Positions 1 to 9,009 are shown, numbered from the stretch's first letter. The stretch: DNA of 64,000 bases from an uncultured virus (IMG/VR IMGVR_UViG_3300025767_000006) (IMGVR_UViG_3300025767_000006); one strand, 5' to 3'. The notes: a model not told the origin generated them from the letters alone. Numbers and translations are program-made.

Positions 1-470
1 TGTGTATCAGTACCATGCGGCAATTCTGAATTAATAATAGTAGGTATACCATCATGAATATGTGTGTAAATCGGATCTATTTTTATTTTTCTTGAAGCTT
101 TAATATAAGCATCTCTATCTCCAGACAATCGTAATTTTTTTATATAGTCAGGTTCTTCATACCAATAAGTTGGTGCTGGATCTGGTGATAGTGGTATCAT
201 TAATACAGCTGTCCTATATGTATCAATGTGAATAGGCATTGTCCAATCTCCAACAATCTTAATAAATTGAAAATTGACGCTATATGGTAGTTGATTATTG
301 ATTTGTTTAATGCATGGAACTTCTAAATAGCCATCAGGATTTTCTGCACGAATATACCTGCCAGTAGGCCTATCATCCCACCGATTCCCAAAATCTAAAG
401 TTTTAAAAAATTCTAAGCATGCTTCTTTATCGTAAGATAGCTTACTTAGAGGGATAACATAATCATTCAT
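1..470 (-). CDS. Partial ORF (runs off window start), 2OG-Fe(II) oxygenase/cupin-like
   Basis: Not in ORF track. Manual translation from ATG at 470: MNDYVIPLSKL...TMPIHIDTYRTAVLMIPL...PTIINSELPHGTDT, no stop; HxD...H facial-triad pattern. Confidence 0.6.
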   Translation of the reverse strand, partial: MNDYVIPLSKLSYDKEACLEFFKTLDFGNRWDDRPTGRYIRAENPDGYLEVPCIKQINNQLPYSVNFQFIKIVGDWTMPIHIDTYRTAVLMIPLSPDPAPTYWYEEPDYIKKLRLSGDRDAYIKASRKIKIDPIYTHIHDGIPTIINSELPHGTDT

Positions 471-484
471 TTAAGTATTTATCC

Positions 485-606
485 TAAGTTATTGATTATG
501 TTTCAGATAAAAAAATGCATTTTATTTTAAAAAAGTGCATTTTAGGGGTTTACATTTGCTAAAAAGTATGGTAGAATATACTTATAAAATGAAAAAAGGA
601 ATGTAA
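485..606 (+). promoter_or_regulatory. Early promoter cassette (IHF-like box, AATGCA..TGCATT inverted repeat, -35 GTTTACA, -10 TAGAAT, conserved leader)
   Basis: TAAGTTATTGATT at 485; GTTTACA 548-554; 17-nt spacer; TAGAAT 572-577; leader ATACTTATAAAATGAAAA shared with other copies. Confidence 0.8.
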
Positions 607-1122
607 ATGGCTATTGATAAAGAACTTTATAATCCCGTTGCTGAAATGGTTAAAATCTGTATGCGCCATCTCAAGAAAAAACAATATGAACTTGGGTTGA
701 CAACTAAAGATGTCCATACTGCAGTTAAGCATTTAGATGTTTATCGTCGTAAGAACGGCCGCAGCTGGGCTGGATATCGCATGATTAAGATCAATCTTGA
801 ATGTTGGCAATTCGGAAATAAAGTATATAGCGAATACGCCCGTTTTAATGATGATCCTACTATTGGGCAAATCAAAGTGTCTGATAATTCAGATATTCTA
901 ATGTGTTTGGTTGCGCATGAAGTATCTCATTATGTACAATATACACATAAATCTAAGATGCCTAAATATCTACGTGATAAGTCAAAAAATGATCGTGGTC
1001 ATGGAGATTGTTTTCAAACAATTTACAGATATCTTCGTCAGGGATTAGTAAATCCAGCTATAGCTGAACGACGCCAAAAGCTATTAGCTGAACGACGCCA
1101 AAAGCGAAAGGAGGCTGCATAA
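607..1122 (+). CDS. SprT-like zinc metalloprotease-fold protein
   Basis: AHEVSH (HExxH) followed by HGxxF. Confidence 0.6.
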   Translation: MAIDKELYNPVAEMVKICMRHLKKKQYELGLTTKDVHTAVKHLDVYRRKNGRSWAGYRMIKINLECWQFGNKVYSEYARFNDDPTIGQIKVSDNSDILMCLVAHEVSHYVQYTHKSKMPKYLRDKSKNDRGHGDCFQTIYRYLRQGLVNPAIAERRQKLLAERRQKRKEAA

Positions 1123-1364
1123 TGAAACGCATTACTAAAGGAATGAAAGTTTATATGTGGGATTATTATAATAGCTCTGTCACAGTTAGTGTTGTACAAC
1201 CACATGAAGAAATTATTGGTGAAGTGCTTAACGATGGTGATACCATTCGAATTAAATCGATTATGGATGGCAACATCTATACCGCACAAACTAGTCATGT
1301 ATTTGAAGTAGGCACAGGGCCAATCAAAAATATTGTTTATGCTGATGAGAATAATGAATGTTAA
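1122..1364 (+). CDS. Hypothetical protein
   Basis: 80-aa ORF, TAATG coupling, GGAGG SD upstream. Confidence 0.7.
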   Translation: MKRITKGMKVYMWDYYNSSVTVSVVQPHEEIIGEVLNDGDTIRIKSIMDGNIYTAQTSHVFEVGTGPIKNIVYADENNEC

Positions 1365-1858
1365 GCGAAATTATTGCAACATTGTTATTTTCTTTAGGAG
1401 CAACAGAAGTAAACACTAGTAAAGAATTCGAATGTCTTGCTAAAAATATATATTTTGAATCGCGCAATCAATCTTCTAGTGGGCAGATCGCTGTTGCTAT
1501 GGTAACTTTAAATAGAGTCAAAGATGATAGATATCCTAATACAATTTGTGGTGTAGTAACCCAAGGATATCATTCTAAGTGGTGGAAAGAGACTCATAAT
1601 AAGCACGTACCAATTAAACACAAGTGTCATTTTTCTTGGTATTGCGATGGATTAAGTGATAGAATTCGAGATAAAACTGCGTATGAACATGCTAAAAAAA
1701 TAGCCAATAGCGCATTATCAATTAGTAATTCTAATATTGATCCAACTGATGGTGCAACTCACTATCACAGTAAAAACGTTGATCCAGCGTGGAATAAACA
1801 AAAAACTTATATAGGTACTATTGACGATCATCTATTTTATAGATGGGAAAAGAACTAA
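1358..1858 (+). CDS. Cell wall hydrolase, SleB/Hydrolase_2 family
   Basis: CLAKNIYFESR, GQIAVAMVTLNRV, YPNTICGVVTQ, FSW, GATHYH, HLFY motifs; hydrophobic N-terminus. Confidence 0.9.
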   Translation: MLSEIIATLLFSLGATEVNTSKEFECLAKNIYFESRNQSSSGQIAVAMVTLNRVKDDRYPNTICGVVTQGYHSKWWKETHNKHVPIKHKCHFSWYCDGLSDRIRDKTAYEHAKKIANSALSISNSNIDPTDGATHYHSKNVDPAWNKQKTYIGTIDDHLFYRWEKN

Positions 1859-1887
1859 TGAGTGATGGAGCTAGGTGGAGATAATAA

Positions 1888-2178
1888 ATGGAACGTCATG
1901 AAGAATACATGAAAAGAAGAATAAGAGAAGAAGAAGAAAAAGAAAGTAAAACTGAAACAATTATTCTTTTATCTGATGTAATTGAGTCTAAAATAAGAAA
2001 AGAACAAGAACTTGAATACTATCAAAAAGAATTAGAAAAACTTGTAGAAAAAATGGGTTGGATTCGCAAAGAGATTGATGTAACAAATATCATCATTGAT
2101 ATAATCTCAAATGAAACAGTTTTAGAGATTCCAGGAACAAAACAAGCCCGTTTAGTAAATTCTTTTTCTAAAAAATAA
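1888..2178 (+). CDS. Hypothetical coiled-coil protein
   Basis: 96-aa E/K-rich ORF with GGAG SD. Confidence 0.7.
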   Translation: MERHEEYMKRRIREEEEKESKTETIILLSDVIESKIRKEQELEYYQKELEKLVEKMGWIRKEIDVTNIIIDIISNETVLEIPGTKQARLVNSFSKK

Positions 2179-2179
2179 C

Positions 2180-2292
2180 TAAGTTATTGTTATAACACAT
2201 AAACTAAATGCACTTTTTTTCAAATTAAGTGCATTTTTTTGTTTACAAAGGTTCTTTTTTATGATATAATATACTTATAAAATGAAAAGAGG
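2180..2292 (+). promoter_or_regulatory. Early promoter cassette
   Basis: AAATGCAC..GTGCATTT inverted repeat; GTTTACA 2241-2247; TATAAT 2265-2270; 2206-2247 is identical to 26901-26942. Confidence 0.85.
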
Positions 2293-2301
2293 ATGTTGAT
2301 C

Positions 2302-2559
2302 ATGTTAAAAATCGTTAAAGTTTCTGAAGGTTTCTATAAAGCAACTAATGTTGTATCTGAGCAGGAATGTTATATTTGTCAAGATATGCTTGGCGATTTT
2401 CGTGGTTCTTGGGAAATCAAAAAGGAAGATGGTACATTTGATGCCGATGAGTCAGATGCTTATCAAAATATTGAAGAAGCCGCTCGTTGGATCGAGTGTC
2501 AAGGTGTTGTCATGAGTACTAACTTTGATGGTTCACCAATGATCCAGGAGGCAGTGTAA
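2302..2559 (+). CDS. Hypothetical early protein
   Basis: ORF track 2293-2559; ATG at 2302 is better spaced from SD GAGG. Confidence 0.65.
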   Translation: MLKIVKVSEGFYKATNVVSEQECYICQDMLGDFRGSWEIKKEDGTFDADESDAYQNIEEAARWIECQGVVMSTNFDGSPMIQEAV

Positions 2560-2630
2560 TGTCTCAAATTATCCTTGGAATTATCTTTATGTTCGCCATG
2601 GCTTCACTTCCAATCTTGATGTTTATATAG
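2559..2630 (+). CDS. Tiny hydrophobic peptide (23 aa)
   Basis: MSQIILGIIFMFAMASLPILMFI; TAATG overlap with upstream stop, GGAGG SD. Confidence 0.55.
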   Translation: MSQIILGIIFMFAMASLPILMFI

Positions 2631-2637
2631 GTTTATA

Positions 2638-2841
2638 ATGCTACACTTTGTTGGTTTTCGAAATGATAATGATTATCTGGCTGCTGTCAGGGTTTTTGGT
2701 AGACCTGACTTTATCCATCTGGTTCATGATCATCGTATGTACGGTGATGTTGATGTCGACAATGATACTGTTGTCTTCTCACATAAATCAGATCCTGATC
2801 ATGTTTCTCAATTCACCGATCAAGATCATGCGAGGCACTAA
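2638..2841 (+). CDS. Hypothetical protein
   Basis: 67-aa ORF HFVGFR...VFGRPDFIH, fills gap between coupled ORFs. Confidence 0.65.
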   Translation: MLHFVGFRNDNDYLAAVRVFGRPDFIHLVHDHRMYGDVDVDNDTVVFSHKSDPDHVSQFTDQDHARH

Positions 2842-2921
2842 TGGAATTTGTAGCAAGTTTAATAGTTTGTTTAATATTACTTTGGTGTCTCGCTCTTTAC
2901 TGGCCTGAGGATAAAAGATGA
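2841..2921 (+). CDS. Tiny single-TM peptide (26 aa)
   Basis: MEFVASLIVCLILLWCLALYWPEDKR; TAATG overlap upstream, ATGA overlap downstream, GAGG SD. Confidence 0.55.
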   Translation: MEFVASLIVCLILLWCLALYWPEDKR

Positions 2922-3718
2922 AATATTCAGAAATAGTATTCCACACTGTGGTATTGAGTTGTGCAGCTGGTTTTTTCAGTTCACAAGCATTTGCAATAAA
3001 AGATAAAGATTGGAGTCATAATTTTTATCAGAGTTGTCCTTCTCAAGGCAAATCTAAATACTCAATGCTAAAAGAAAAAGATATTGAATTTCTTAGATTT
3101 GAAGTAAATGCTGGTGAGCGTGGTGGATGTCGAGCAGATAACAATAAGCGTAGTGGATATCAATGGCATGAAAGGATAGAACTTACTGCTGGCTATAAAG
3201 GCAATATGGAATACCTTTATCCAAATAAAAGCTATGAAATTAAATATAGAATTAGATTTGCTGAATGGACTAACCAGTGGACTGATTCAATAAACACTAT
3301 TTTGCAAGTATATAATAATTGTTACAAAAGCGACAAAAAGGGTTCATGTAAACCTGCTTATATTTTATCTGTAGATAAAGGAAATCGTTTACGTGTTCGC
3401 ACTCAACATGCATCTGGAAAAGATTATTATTTAAACCATATTGAGTTAGAGTCTGAGAAGACAATGGGAAACTTTATAGTCCATGATCATATTGGTAAAT
3501 GGGTAGACGTTACAATTAATCTAGATATGAAGAAAGATCATTTTAATATGGTCACTAAGGTGACAAATGGAGATGAAGTCTGGAGTGCTAAGTCTGATAA
3601 GATTGTAATGAGAAAAGGCAAGAAGCCTTACATCAAATTTGGAATCTATCGCGGCGGAAGAGAAGATAATGCTCGTTCTGTCCTTGATGTAGATTTTATA
3701 AAAATAAATGCAAATTAA
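2918..3718 (+). CDS. Secreted polysaccharide-lyase-like (beta-jelly-roll) protein
   Basis: Signal peptide ending AFA; ERIEL, ILQV and YIKFGIYR motifs typical of PL7/heparin-lyase-like folds. Confidence 0.65.
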   Translation: MKYSEIVFHTVVLSCAAGFFSSQAFAIKDKDWSHNFYQSCPSQGKSKYSMLKEKDIEFLRFEVNAGERGGCRADNNKRSGYQWHERIELTAGYKGNMEYLYPNKSYEIKYRIRFAEWTNQWTDSINTILQVYNNCYKSDKKGSCKPAYILSVDKGNRLRVRTQHASGKDYYLNHIELESEKTMGNFIVHDHIGKWVDVTINLDMKKDHFNMVTKVTNGDEVWSAKSDKIVMRKGKKPYIKFGIYRGGREDNARSVLDVDFIKINAN

Positions 3719-3784
3719 ATGCATTTTTTTGTTTACAAGTACTAAAAAGTGTTGTATAATATACTTATAAAATGAAAAGAGGAA
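3706..3784 (+). promoter_or_regulatory. Early promoter cassette
   Basis: AAATGCA..TGCATTT 3706-3726; GTTTACA 3731-3737; TATAAT 3755-3760; leader ATACTTATAAAATGAAAAGAGG. Confidence 0.85.
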
Positions 3785-4066
3785 ATGATTATGTTGACAA
3801 CAAATGAAATGGCTAAACTTCAAGTTCTTATGGCAAAGGCTGATCTCACACAATTTGATCAAATGGCTGAGATGTTTAACACCACTCGCCGCATGAAAAA
3901 TAATGCTATCAAGCATACTTTCAGTGTAGGACAAAATGTGAAATGGACTGGAAGACGTGGTGCTATGAATGGCACTATTCAAAGAATTAACAAGAAAAAT
4001 ATTGTGGTGAATGCCGGCTCTGCTGGTATGTGGAATGTATCACCATCACTTTTAATTGCTGCTTAA
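3785..4066 (+). CDS. Hypothetical early protein with C-terminal SH3/KOW-like region
   Basis: FSVGQNVKW...GTIQRINKKNIVV...WNVSPSLL. Confidence 0.65.
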   Translation: MIMLTTNEMAKLQVLMAKADLTQFDQMAEMFNTTRRMKNNAIKHTFSVGQNVKWTGRRGAMNGTIQRINKKNIVVNAGSAGMWNVSPSLLIAA

Positions 4067-4078
4067 GGAGCATATATT

Positions 4079-5035
4079 ATGGCACATCAAGTTGAAACAA
4101 TGGCGTACGCAGGCGAACTTCCATGGCATGGTCTTGGAGTTCCTGTCTCAAATGATCTTACTCCAAATCAAATGCTTGAAAAAGCTGGTTTGGATTGGAA
4201 AGTTCAAGAGGTTGAGTCTTTCATCGAGTTCAATGGTGAACGTAAATCAACTGGTCAAAAGTCTTTAGTACGTGAGACAGATGGAAAAATTCTAACCAAT
4301 GTTGGTGAAAATTGGAAGCCACTTCAAAATGAAGATGCTTTTGAGTTCTTTGGAGAATATGTTCTTTCTGGTCAAATGGAAATGCATACTGCTGGATCAC
4401 TAAAGGGTGGTCAAATGGTATGGGCATTGGCAAAAGTCAGTGAGTCATTTGATCTCTTTGGTGGTGATCAAGTTGATTCATACTTCTTGTTCTCTAACCC
4501 ACACCAATATGGTAAGTCAATTGATATTCGATTTACTCCGATTCGTGTTGTATGTAATAATACACTTTCACTTTCACTTAATATGAATGCTGAACGTGCA
4601 GTAAAAGTTGGCCATCGTGTTGACTTTAATCCTTCTGAAGTAAAAGAAGCTCTTGGGATTGCATCTGAAAAGCTAGCAACTTATAAAGAAATGGCTGAGT
4701 TTCTTGGTAAAAAGCGCTTTACAATGGATTCACTTATTGAATATTATAATACAATCTATCCACGTACTGCAGACAAAAAAGTTCAAGGTAAAGAATTATC
4801 TGCTGATACATTGTCTCGTAATGCAAAGCTTTGTCTTGAAGCTCTTGAGTCTCAGCCCGGTGCAGAATTTGCTGAAGGTTCTTGGTGGCAGGCTTATAAT
4901 TCACTAACATATATCACCGATCATGTACAAGGTCGTAATGCAGATAACCGTTTGTATTCATCTTGGTTTGGTGGAAATCAGGTGCGTAAAAAGAATGCTC
5001 TTGAAACAGCTATTAAGTTTGCAGAAGTAGCTTAA
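4079..5035 (+). CDS. DUF932 family phage/plasmid protein
   Basis: MAHQVETMAYAGELPWHGLG, AGLDW, LQN..AF.F, TAGSL.GG, TPIRVVCNNTL motifs. Confidence 0.9.
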   Translation: MAHQVETMAYAGELPWHGLGVPVSNDLTPNQMLEKAGLDWKVQEVESFIEFNGERKSTGQKSLVRETDGKILTNVGENWKPLQNEDAFEFFGEYVLSGQMEMHTAGSLKGGQMVWALAKVSESFDLFGGDQVDSYFLFSNPHQYGKSIDIRFTPIRVVCNNTLSLSLNMNAERAVKVGHRVDFNPSEVKEALGIASEKLATYKEMAEFLGKKRFTMDSLIEYYNTIYPRTADKKVQGKELSADTLSRNAKLCLEALESQPGAEFAEGSWWQAYNSLTYITDHVQGRNADNRLYSSWFGGNQVRKKNALETAIKFAEVA

Positions 5036-5058
5036 TTCTGTATTCTTTCTGTAAACAT

Positions 5059-5091
5059 AAAACGCTACTTCAAAAGGGGTAGCGTTTTTTT
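5059..5091 (+). terminator. Rho-independent terminator
   Basis: AAAACGCTAC/GTAGCGTTTT stem followed by T-run, after DUF932 stop. Confidence 0.85.
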
Positions 5092-5095
5092 CTGT

Positions 5096-5103
5096 TATAA
5101 ATA
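5096..5103 (+). promoter_or_regulatory. T4-type late promoter
   Basis: Exact TATAAATA right after the terminator, upstream of the 5137 ORF. Confidence 0.8.
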
Positions 5104-5136
5104 CTATTATAAACTCACAGATTACGGTTTAATTAA

Positions 5137-6120
5137 ATGTTAAAGTTTAGACAGTATATAACGGAGGACGCAATGGCAAGCTATAATGAGCTTAAATTAA
5201 GTGACATTACTCGCCGTGGTAGAGATCCGATTGTTATTGACAAAATCAAAAATACTAAAGGATTCTTAGTCAAAAAGGGTGAGTTCTATGTTGACAAAAA
5301 TTCTAAAGCAGCAGAAGAATTAGTATCTCAGATTGCTAATCCTCCAAAAGGATATAAGGTTACATTGCCAGGAAAGCTAAATGGTAGAAATGCTAATCTT
5401 GTATTTCCTAATGACTTTCTTAAAGATGCATCTCTTGGTGGTAAAGGAGCTGGCTCAGGTACAGCAGCTGAAGATGCAGCTTTAACTAAATTTAGAATTG
5501 AAATAGAAAAAGCAATTGAAAAAGAAAATGAAGCAGAAATTAAAATAAATGTTGGTGGAAGAACAATTGAGATTTGTGGGATTGAGTCTACACCAGGTGT
5601 TCCTAAAGCAGACTTTCATTTTGTAAATGCTATGGGACAAGAAGTAGCATGGTTGTCCCACAAGGCCGGATCTAAACCACAACACTTTCAACAATATGGC
5701 GGATTAAGCGATCGCTCTTTGAGTAATAACTCAGAAGTAAAACAATTTATGACTGATATAATAGATATGTTTCCAGAGGGATTAAGCTCAGGGCAAAGTG
5801 TTTATCGTATTTGTAAAAATAAAGACTTAATCATGAAGTCAGTGTATGGTATTGATTTTGGAAAATCTCGTGGTAGAAATAACGTCGATGAATTTCATCA
5901 AGGTGATATGAAATTAGTCAAAAGCGGCTCAGTTTATAAAATCAAATCTACGCACTCTGGTAGAAATGGATCTCCCTTAGTTGGTGCTGGTTATGAGCCA
6001 GTATTTTTTGCTCGTTATACAACAGATCGTGGTGCTAATATTGCTGGAAAGTTTTTATCAAAAGCTAGAGTTGGTATTTTTCCAAAAGCAAAAACTGTTA
6101 GTACAACAAAAGAAATTTAA
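5137..6120 (+). CDS. PD-(D/E)XK restriction-endonuclease-like protein with capsid-targeting-like N-terminus
   Basis: AED...PKADFHF...WLSHKAG...FQQYGG nuclease-like core; N-terminus MLKFRQYITE. Confidence 0.6.
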   Translation: MLKFRQYITEDAMASYNELKLSDITRRGRDPIVIDKIKNTKGFLVKKGEFYVDKNSKAAEELVSQIANPPKGYKVTLPGKLNGRNANLVFPNDFLKDASLGGKGAGSGTAAEDAALTKFRIEIEKAIEKENEAEIKINVGGRTIEICGIESTPGVPKADFHFVNAMGQEVAWLSHKAGSKPQHFQQYGGLSDRSLSNNSEVKQFMTDIIDMFPEGLSSGQSVYRICKNKDLIMKSVYGIDFGKSRGRNNVDEFHQGDMKLVKSGSVYKIKSTHSGRNGSPLVGAGYEPVFFARYTTDRGANIAGKFLSKARVGIFPKAKTVSTTKEI

Positions 6121-6137
6121 ATTAATTGAAAAAAACT

Positions 6138-6167
6138 GTGTACTTTTAGCAGAATATTTGGTATAAT
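6138..6167 (+). promoter_or_regulatory. Sigma70-type early/middle promoter
   Basis: GTGTACT-17nt-TATAAT with TG extension. Confidence 0.6.
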
Positions 6168-6199
6168 ATAACTATAAGTTCAAAGGTAAAGGAAGTATA

Positions 6200-7783
6200 A
6201 TGGCACAATTTAGTAAAATCCGTAATGATTTTCTAAGAAATGGCCCATCAAGAAACGATGACCTTTTTGAAGTCATGATGCTTGCTGCAAATAGAAGTGG
6301 AGTCATCGTTGATTCGGATAATCCGTTACCCGTTTCTATTGGCGGTGAATCAATTACAATTACTGGGCCCGTGTCAATCCCTGGTGAAGTGGAAGTCAGC
6401 AATGACGAAGGTGATCCATTACACGTTGATATCGTCGGTCAGACTTTTAACTTAATGCTTGATAGTGCTTCTCATATTAACGTCAATGTTACTAGTATAC
6501 CTGAAGTTGAAGTTAAGAATGATGTGGGCAATCCACTTAAAGTTATCGGAACTGACGTAAATCCTTGGGGTAAGCAAGTGTTGTTGGTTGATGACGATAC
6601 TGTACAACACACTTCTAAAAACCGTCGCAAGGTGTCTACATTCGAATTAACAGACTTTGCTACATATACACAAAGCAAAGATGACGACATCTGGGACGAA
6701 CAGATTTCAGGAACAGCCAGTGCCGCGCATGACGAATATCAGGCTATGGTTTTACTCGAAGTGGGCGGTACAGCAGGTGATGAGATTAAACGCCAAACCA
6801 AGCGTGTTCAGAGATATATACCAGGACGGCAAAGCGAAATGTCTATGGTATTTCGTTGGTATCCACTTCTTCCTGGTATTCGTAGACGCGTTGGGTTATT
6901 TGATGAGGGCAATGGCGCATACTTTGAAGAAGAAGGGTCTACATTTTACTGTGTGATTCGCAGAAATACATCTGGAGGAATAGTTGAAACTCGTGTTGCT
7001 CGTGATGATTGGAGCGATGACAAACTGGATGGTACAGGTCCGAGTGGTATCGTATTTAATCCCTCTGCCATACAACAAATCATTATTGAATATGAATGGT
7101 ATGGGGCAGGACAGGTAGAGTTTAAATTTGTTATTGACAATAATGCTCATGCAATACACAAATTTAATCATGCTAATAGAATTGAAAATACATGGTCAGG
7201 AAATGCTGCACTACCAGTAAGGGTGGAACTGGCCAATGTCACAGGGGTTTCTTCTGGGCCACATTACTTTTGGCAAGGTTCACATTCATTTACTTCAGAG
7301 GGTACAACCACACTAATAGGTAGGCAGAAGAGTCAGTCAAGTCCAATCACAGGGCACACACTCAGCTCAGCCAACACATTCTATCCTGTGGTTGCTATTA
7401 GATTAAAAAGTACCGCACTCAACTCAGTGGTCATACCAGACTTTTATGCTGGAGCAACGTTAGATAATACAAATATCTTTATTAGGGTATTGGAAGGTGC
7501 TGTCATCACAGGTGGCACTTGGATCAGTTATGATTCTGAAAGTGCTGTGGAATATAACATTACCGGTACCGCACTGAGCAACGGAACTATTTTAGACACG
7601 GTGTATGTTAGTTCCGGCAACCAAGGTACTGCATATAAACTACCAGAACGTGCTATCACACAGTTGACGAGAAATACCACAACTACGCTGGGTGACACAC
7701 CTGCTACATTTGTAATCGCTGTTGCCGCAACCGGCGCCAACAAAGACGGTTGGGCCAGTTTAGGTTGGATCGAGGTACGATAA
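6200..7783 (+). CDS. Putative virion structural protein (beta-rich), elevated GC
   Basis: Repeated EVEVxND.G.PL N-terminal units; RQTKR...YIPG, EYEWYGAG, PVVAIRL segments resemble structural proteins of aquatic myoviruses. Confidence 0.55.
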   Translation: MAQFSKIRNDFLRNGPSRNDDLFEVMMLAANRSGVIVDSDNPLPVSIGGESITITGPVSIPGEVEVSNDEGDPLHVDIVGQTFNLMLDSASHINVNVTSIPEVEVKNDVGNPLKVIGTDVNPWGKQVLLVDDDTVQHTSKNRRKVSTFELTDFATYTQSKDDDIWDEQISGTASAAHDEYQAMVLLEVGGTAGDEIKRQTKRVQRYIPGRQSEMSMVFRWYPLLPGIRRRVGLFDEGNGAYFEEEGSTFYCVIRRNTSGGIVETRVARDDWSDDKLDGTGPSGIVFNPSAIQQIIIEYEWYGAGQVEFKFVIDNNAHAIHKFNHANRIENTWSGNAALPVRVELANVTGVSSGPHYFWQGSHSFTSEGTTTLIGRQKSQSSPITGHTLSSANTFYPVVAIRLKSTALNSVVIPDFYAGATLDNTNIFIRVLEGAVITGGTWISYDSESAVEYNITGTALSNGTILDTVYVSSGNQGTAYKLPERAITQLTRNTTTTLGDTPATFVIAVAATGANKDGWASLGWIEVR

Positions 7784-9009
7784 TGGAAAAATTTAGTTCT
7801 TTTATAACTGAACAAAAAAACACCCATATGACTCACATCGAGGATAAGGTTATCTACGGTGGAGTCAAAGGAACACGTGATGCCATTTTAGCTCTACGTT
7901 CTCTTCGTGATATGCTAAGTGGCAAACATGCTGGTAATGTTTCAGTTAAATGGGATGGAGCACCAGCTATTTTTGCTGGTATCGATCCACGTGATGGAAA
8001 ATTCTTTGTAGCAAAGAAAGGTATCTTTAACGTTAACCCTAAAGTATATAAGACAAATGCCGATGTAGAAGCTGACACTTCTGGTGATTTGGCAGATAAA
8101 CTTAAATTAGCTCTTAAATATTTACCCGCACTGGGTATTAAAGGAGTCATTCAAGGAGATTTTTTGTATGGCCCAGGAGATCTTAAGACGAGTAAAATTG
8201 CGGGTGAATCGTATCTTACATTCCATCCGAATACTATTGTCTATGCAGTTCCTGAGAAATCGGAAGCAGCTAAAGCAATTAAAAGTGCTAAAATCGGAAT
8301 TGTCTGGCATACAACGTATACTGGAAAAACATTTGAAACGATGAAAGCGGGTTATGGTGTTAATGTTGCAAAGTTAAATAAGTCACCAAACGTTTGGTCT
8401 CAAGATGCTATGCTAAGAGACATGACTAATCTGACAATGAGTGAAAAAGAAACAAATGAAGTAAATAGCCATCTAAAAAATGCTGGATTTCTTTTTAATA
8501 AAATTGCAGGTTCAACTCTTAAAACATTAGAAGCAAACGAAACGCTAGCAAGACATATTGAAACTCATGCTAATTCGTTTGTGCGGAAAGGTGAAGTACC
8601 ACCACCTGCAAATAAAAGAACACAATCTCTTATTCAATTTATTAAACAAAAATACCAAAAAGAAATTGATAAACGTAAAACAGAAAAAGGAAAGTCTGCT
8701 CAACAAAAACAGTTAGATGCATTACTTACTTTCTTTTCTGATTCAAATAAAAAATCACTAGAAAATATGTTTGAATTGCAAAGAGAACTTGTTTTAGCTA
8801 AACTAATTCTTATAAATAGATTAAATAAGTTGAGTACTGTTAGTACTTTTCTTAAAACTAAAAAAGGTTATCGTACAACAGATCCAGAAGGTTATGTAGC
8901 AATCGATAAACTTGGTGGTGATGCGGTGAAAATTGTTGATAGGATGGAATTTTCCTATGCTAACTTTTCACCCGACGTTTTGAAAGGCTGGGATAAAACT
9001 GGCCGATAA
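7783..9009 (+). CDS. RNA-ligase-like covalent nucleotidyltransferase with capsid-targeting-like N-terminus
   Basis: ATG 7783 (TAATG overlap); motif I VKWDG, III-like IQGDF, IV EGYV, V VKIV; N-terminus MEKFSSFITE. Confidence 0.65.
   Translation: MEKFSSFITEQKNTHMTHIEDKVIYGGVKGTRDAILALRSLRDMLSGKHAGNVSVKWDGAPAIFAGIDPRDGKFFVAKKGIFNVNPKVYKTNADVEADTSGDLADKLKLALKYLPALGIKGVIQGDFLYGPGDLKTSKIAGESYLTFHPNTIVYAVPEKSEAAKAIKSAKIGIVWHTTYTGKTFETMKAGYGVNVAKLNKSPNVWSQDAMLRDMTNLTMSEKETNEVNSHLKNAGFLFNKIAGSTLKTLEANETLARHIETHANSFVRKGEVPPPANKRTQSLIQFIKQKYQKEIDKRKTEKGKSAQQKQLDALLTFFSDSNKKSLENMFELQRELVLAKLILINRLNKLSTVSTFLKTKKGYRTTDPEGYVAIDKLGGDAVKIVDRMEFSYANFSPDVLKGWDKTGR
8811..8818 (+). promoter_or_regulatory. Possible internal late promoter
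   Basis: Exact TATAAATA inside CDS, about 230 nt upstream of the 9045 ORF. Confidence 0.4.

Noticed and set aside
5050..5057. Minus-strand TGTTTACA as an antisense promoter into DUF932
   Set aside because: No -10 element at 17-nt spacing
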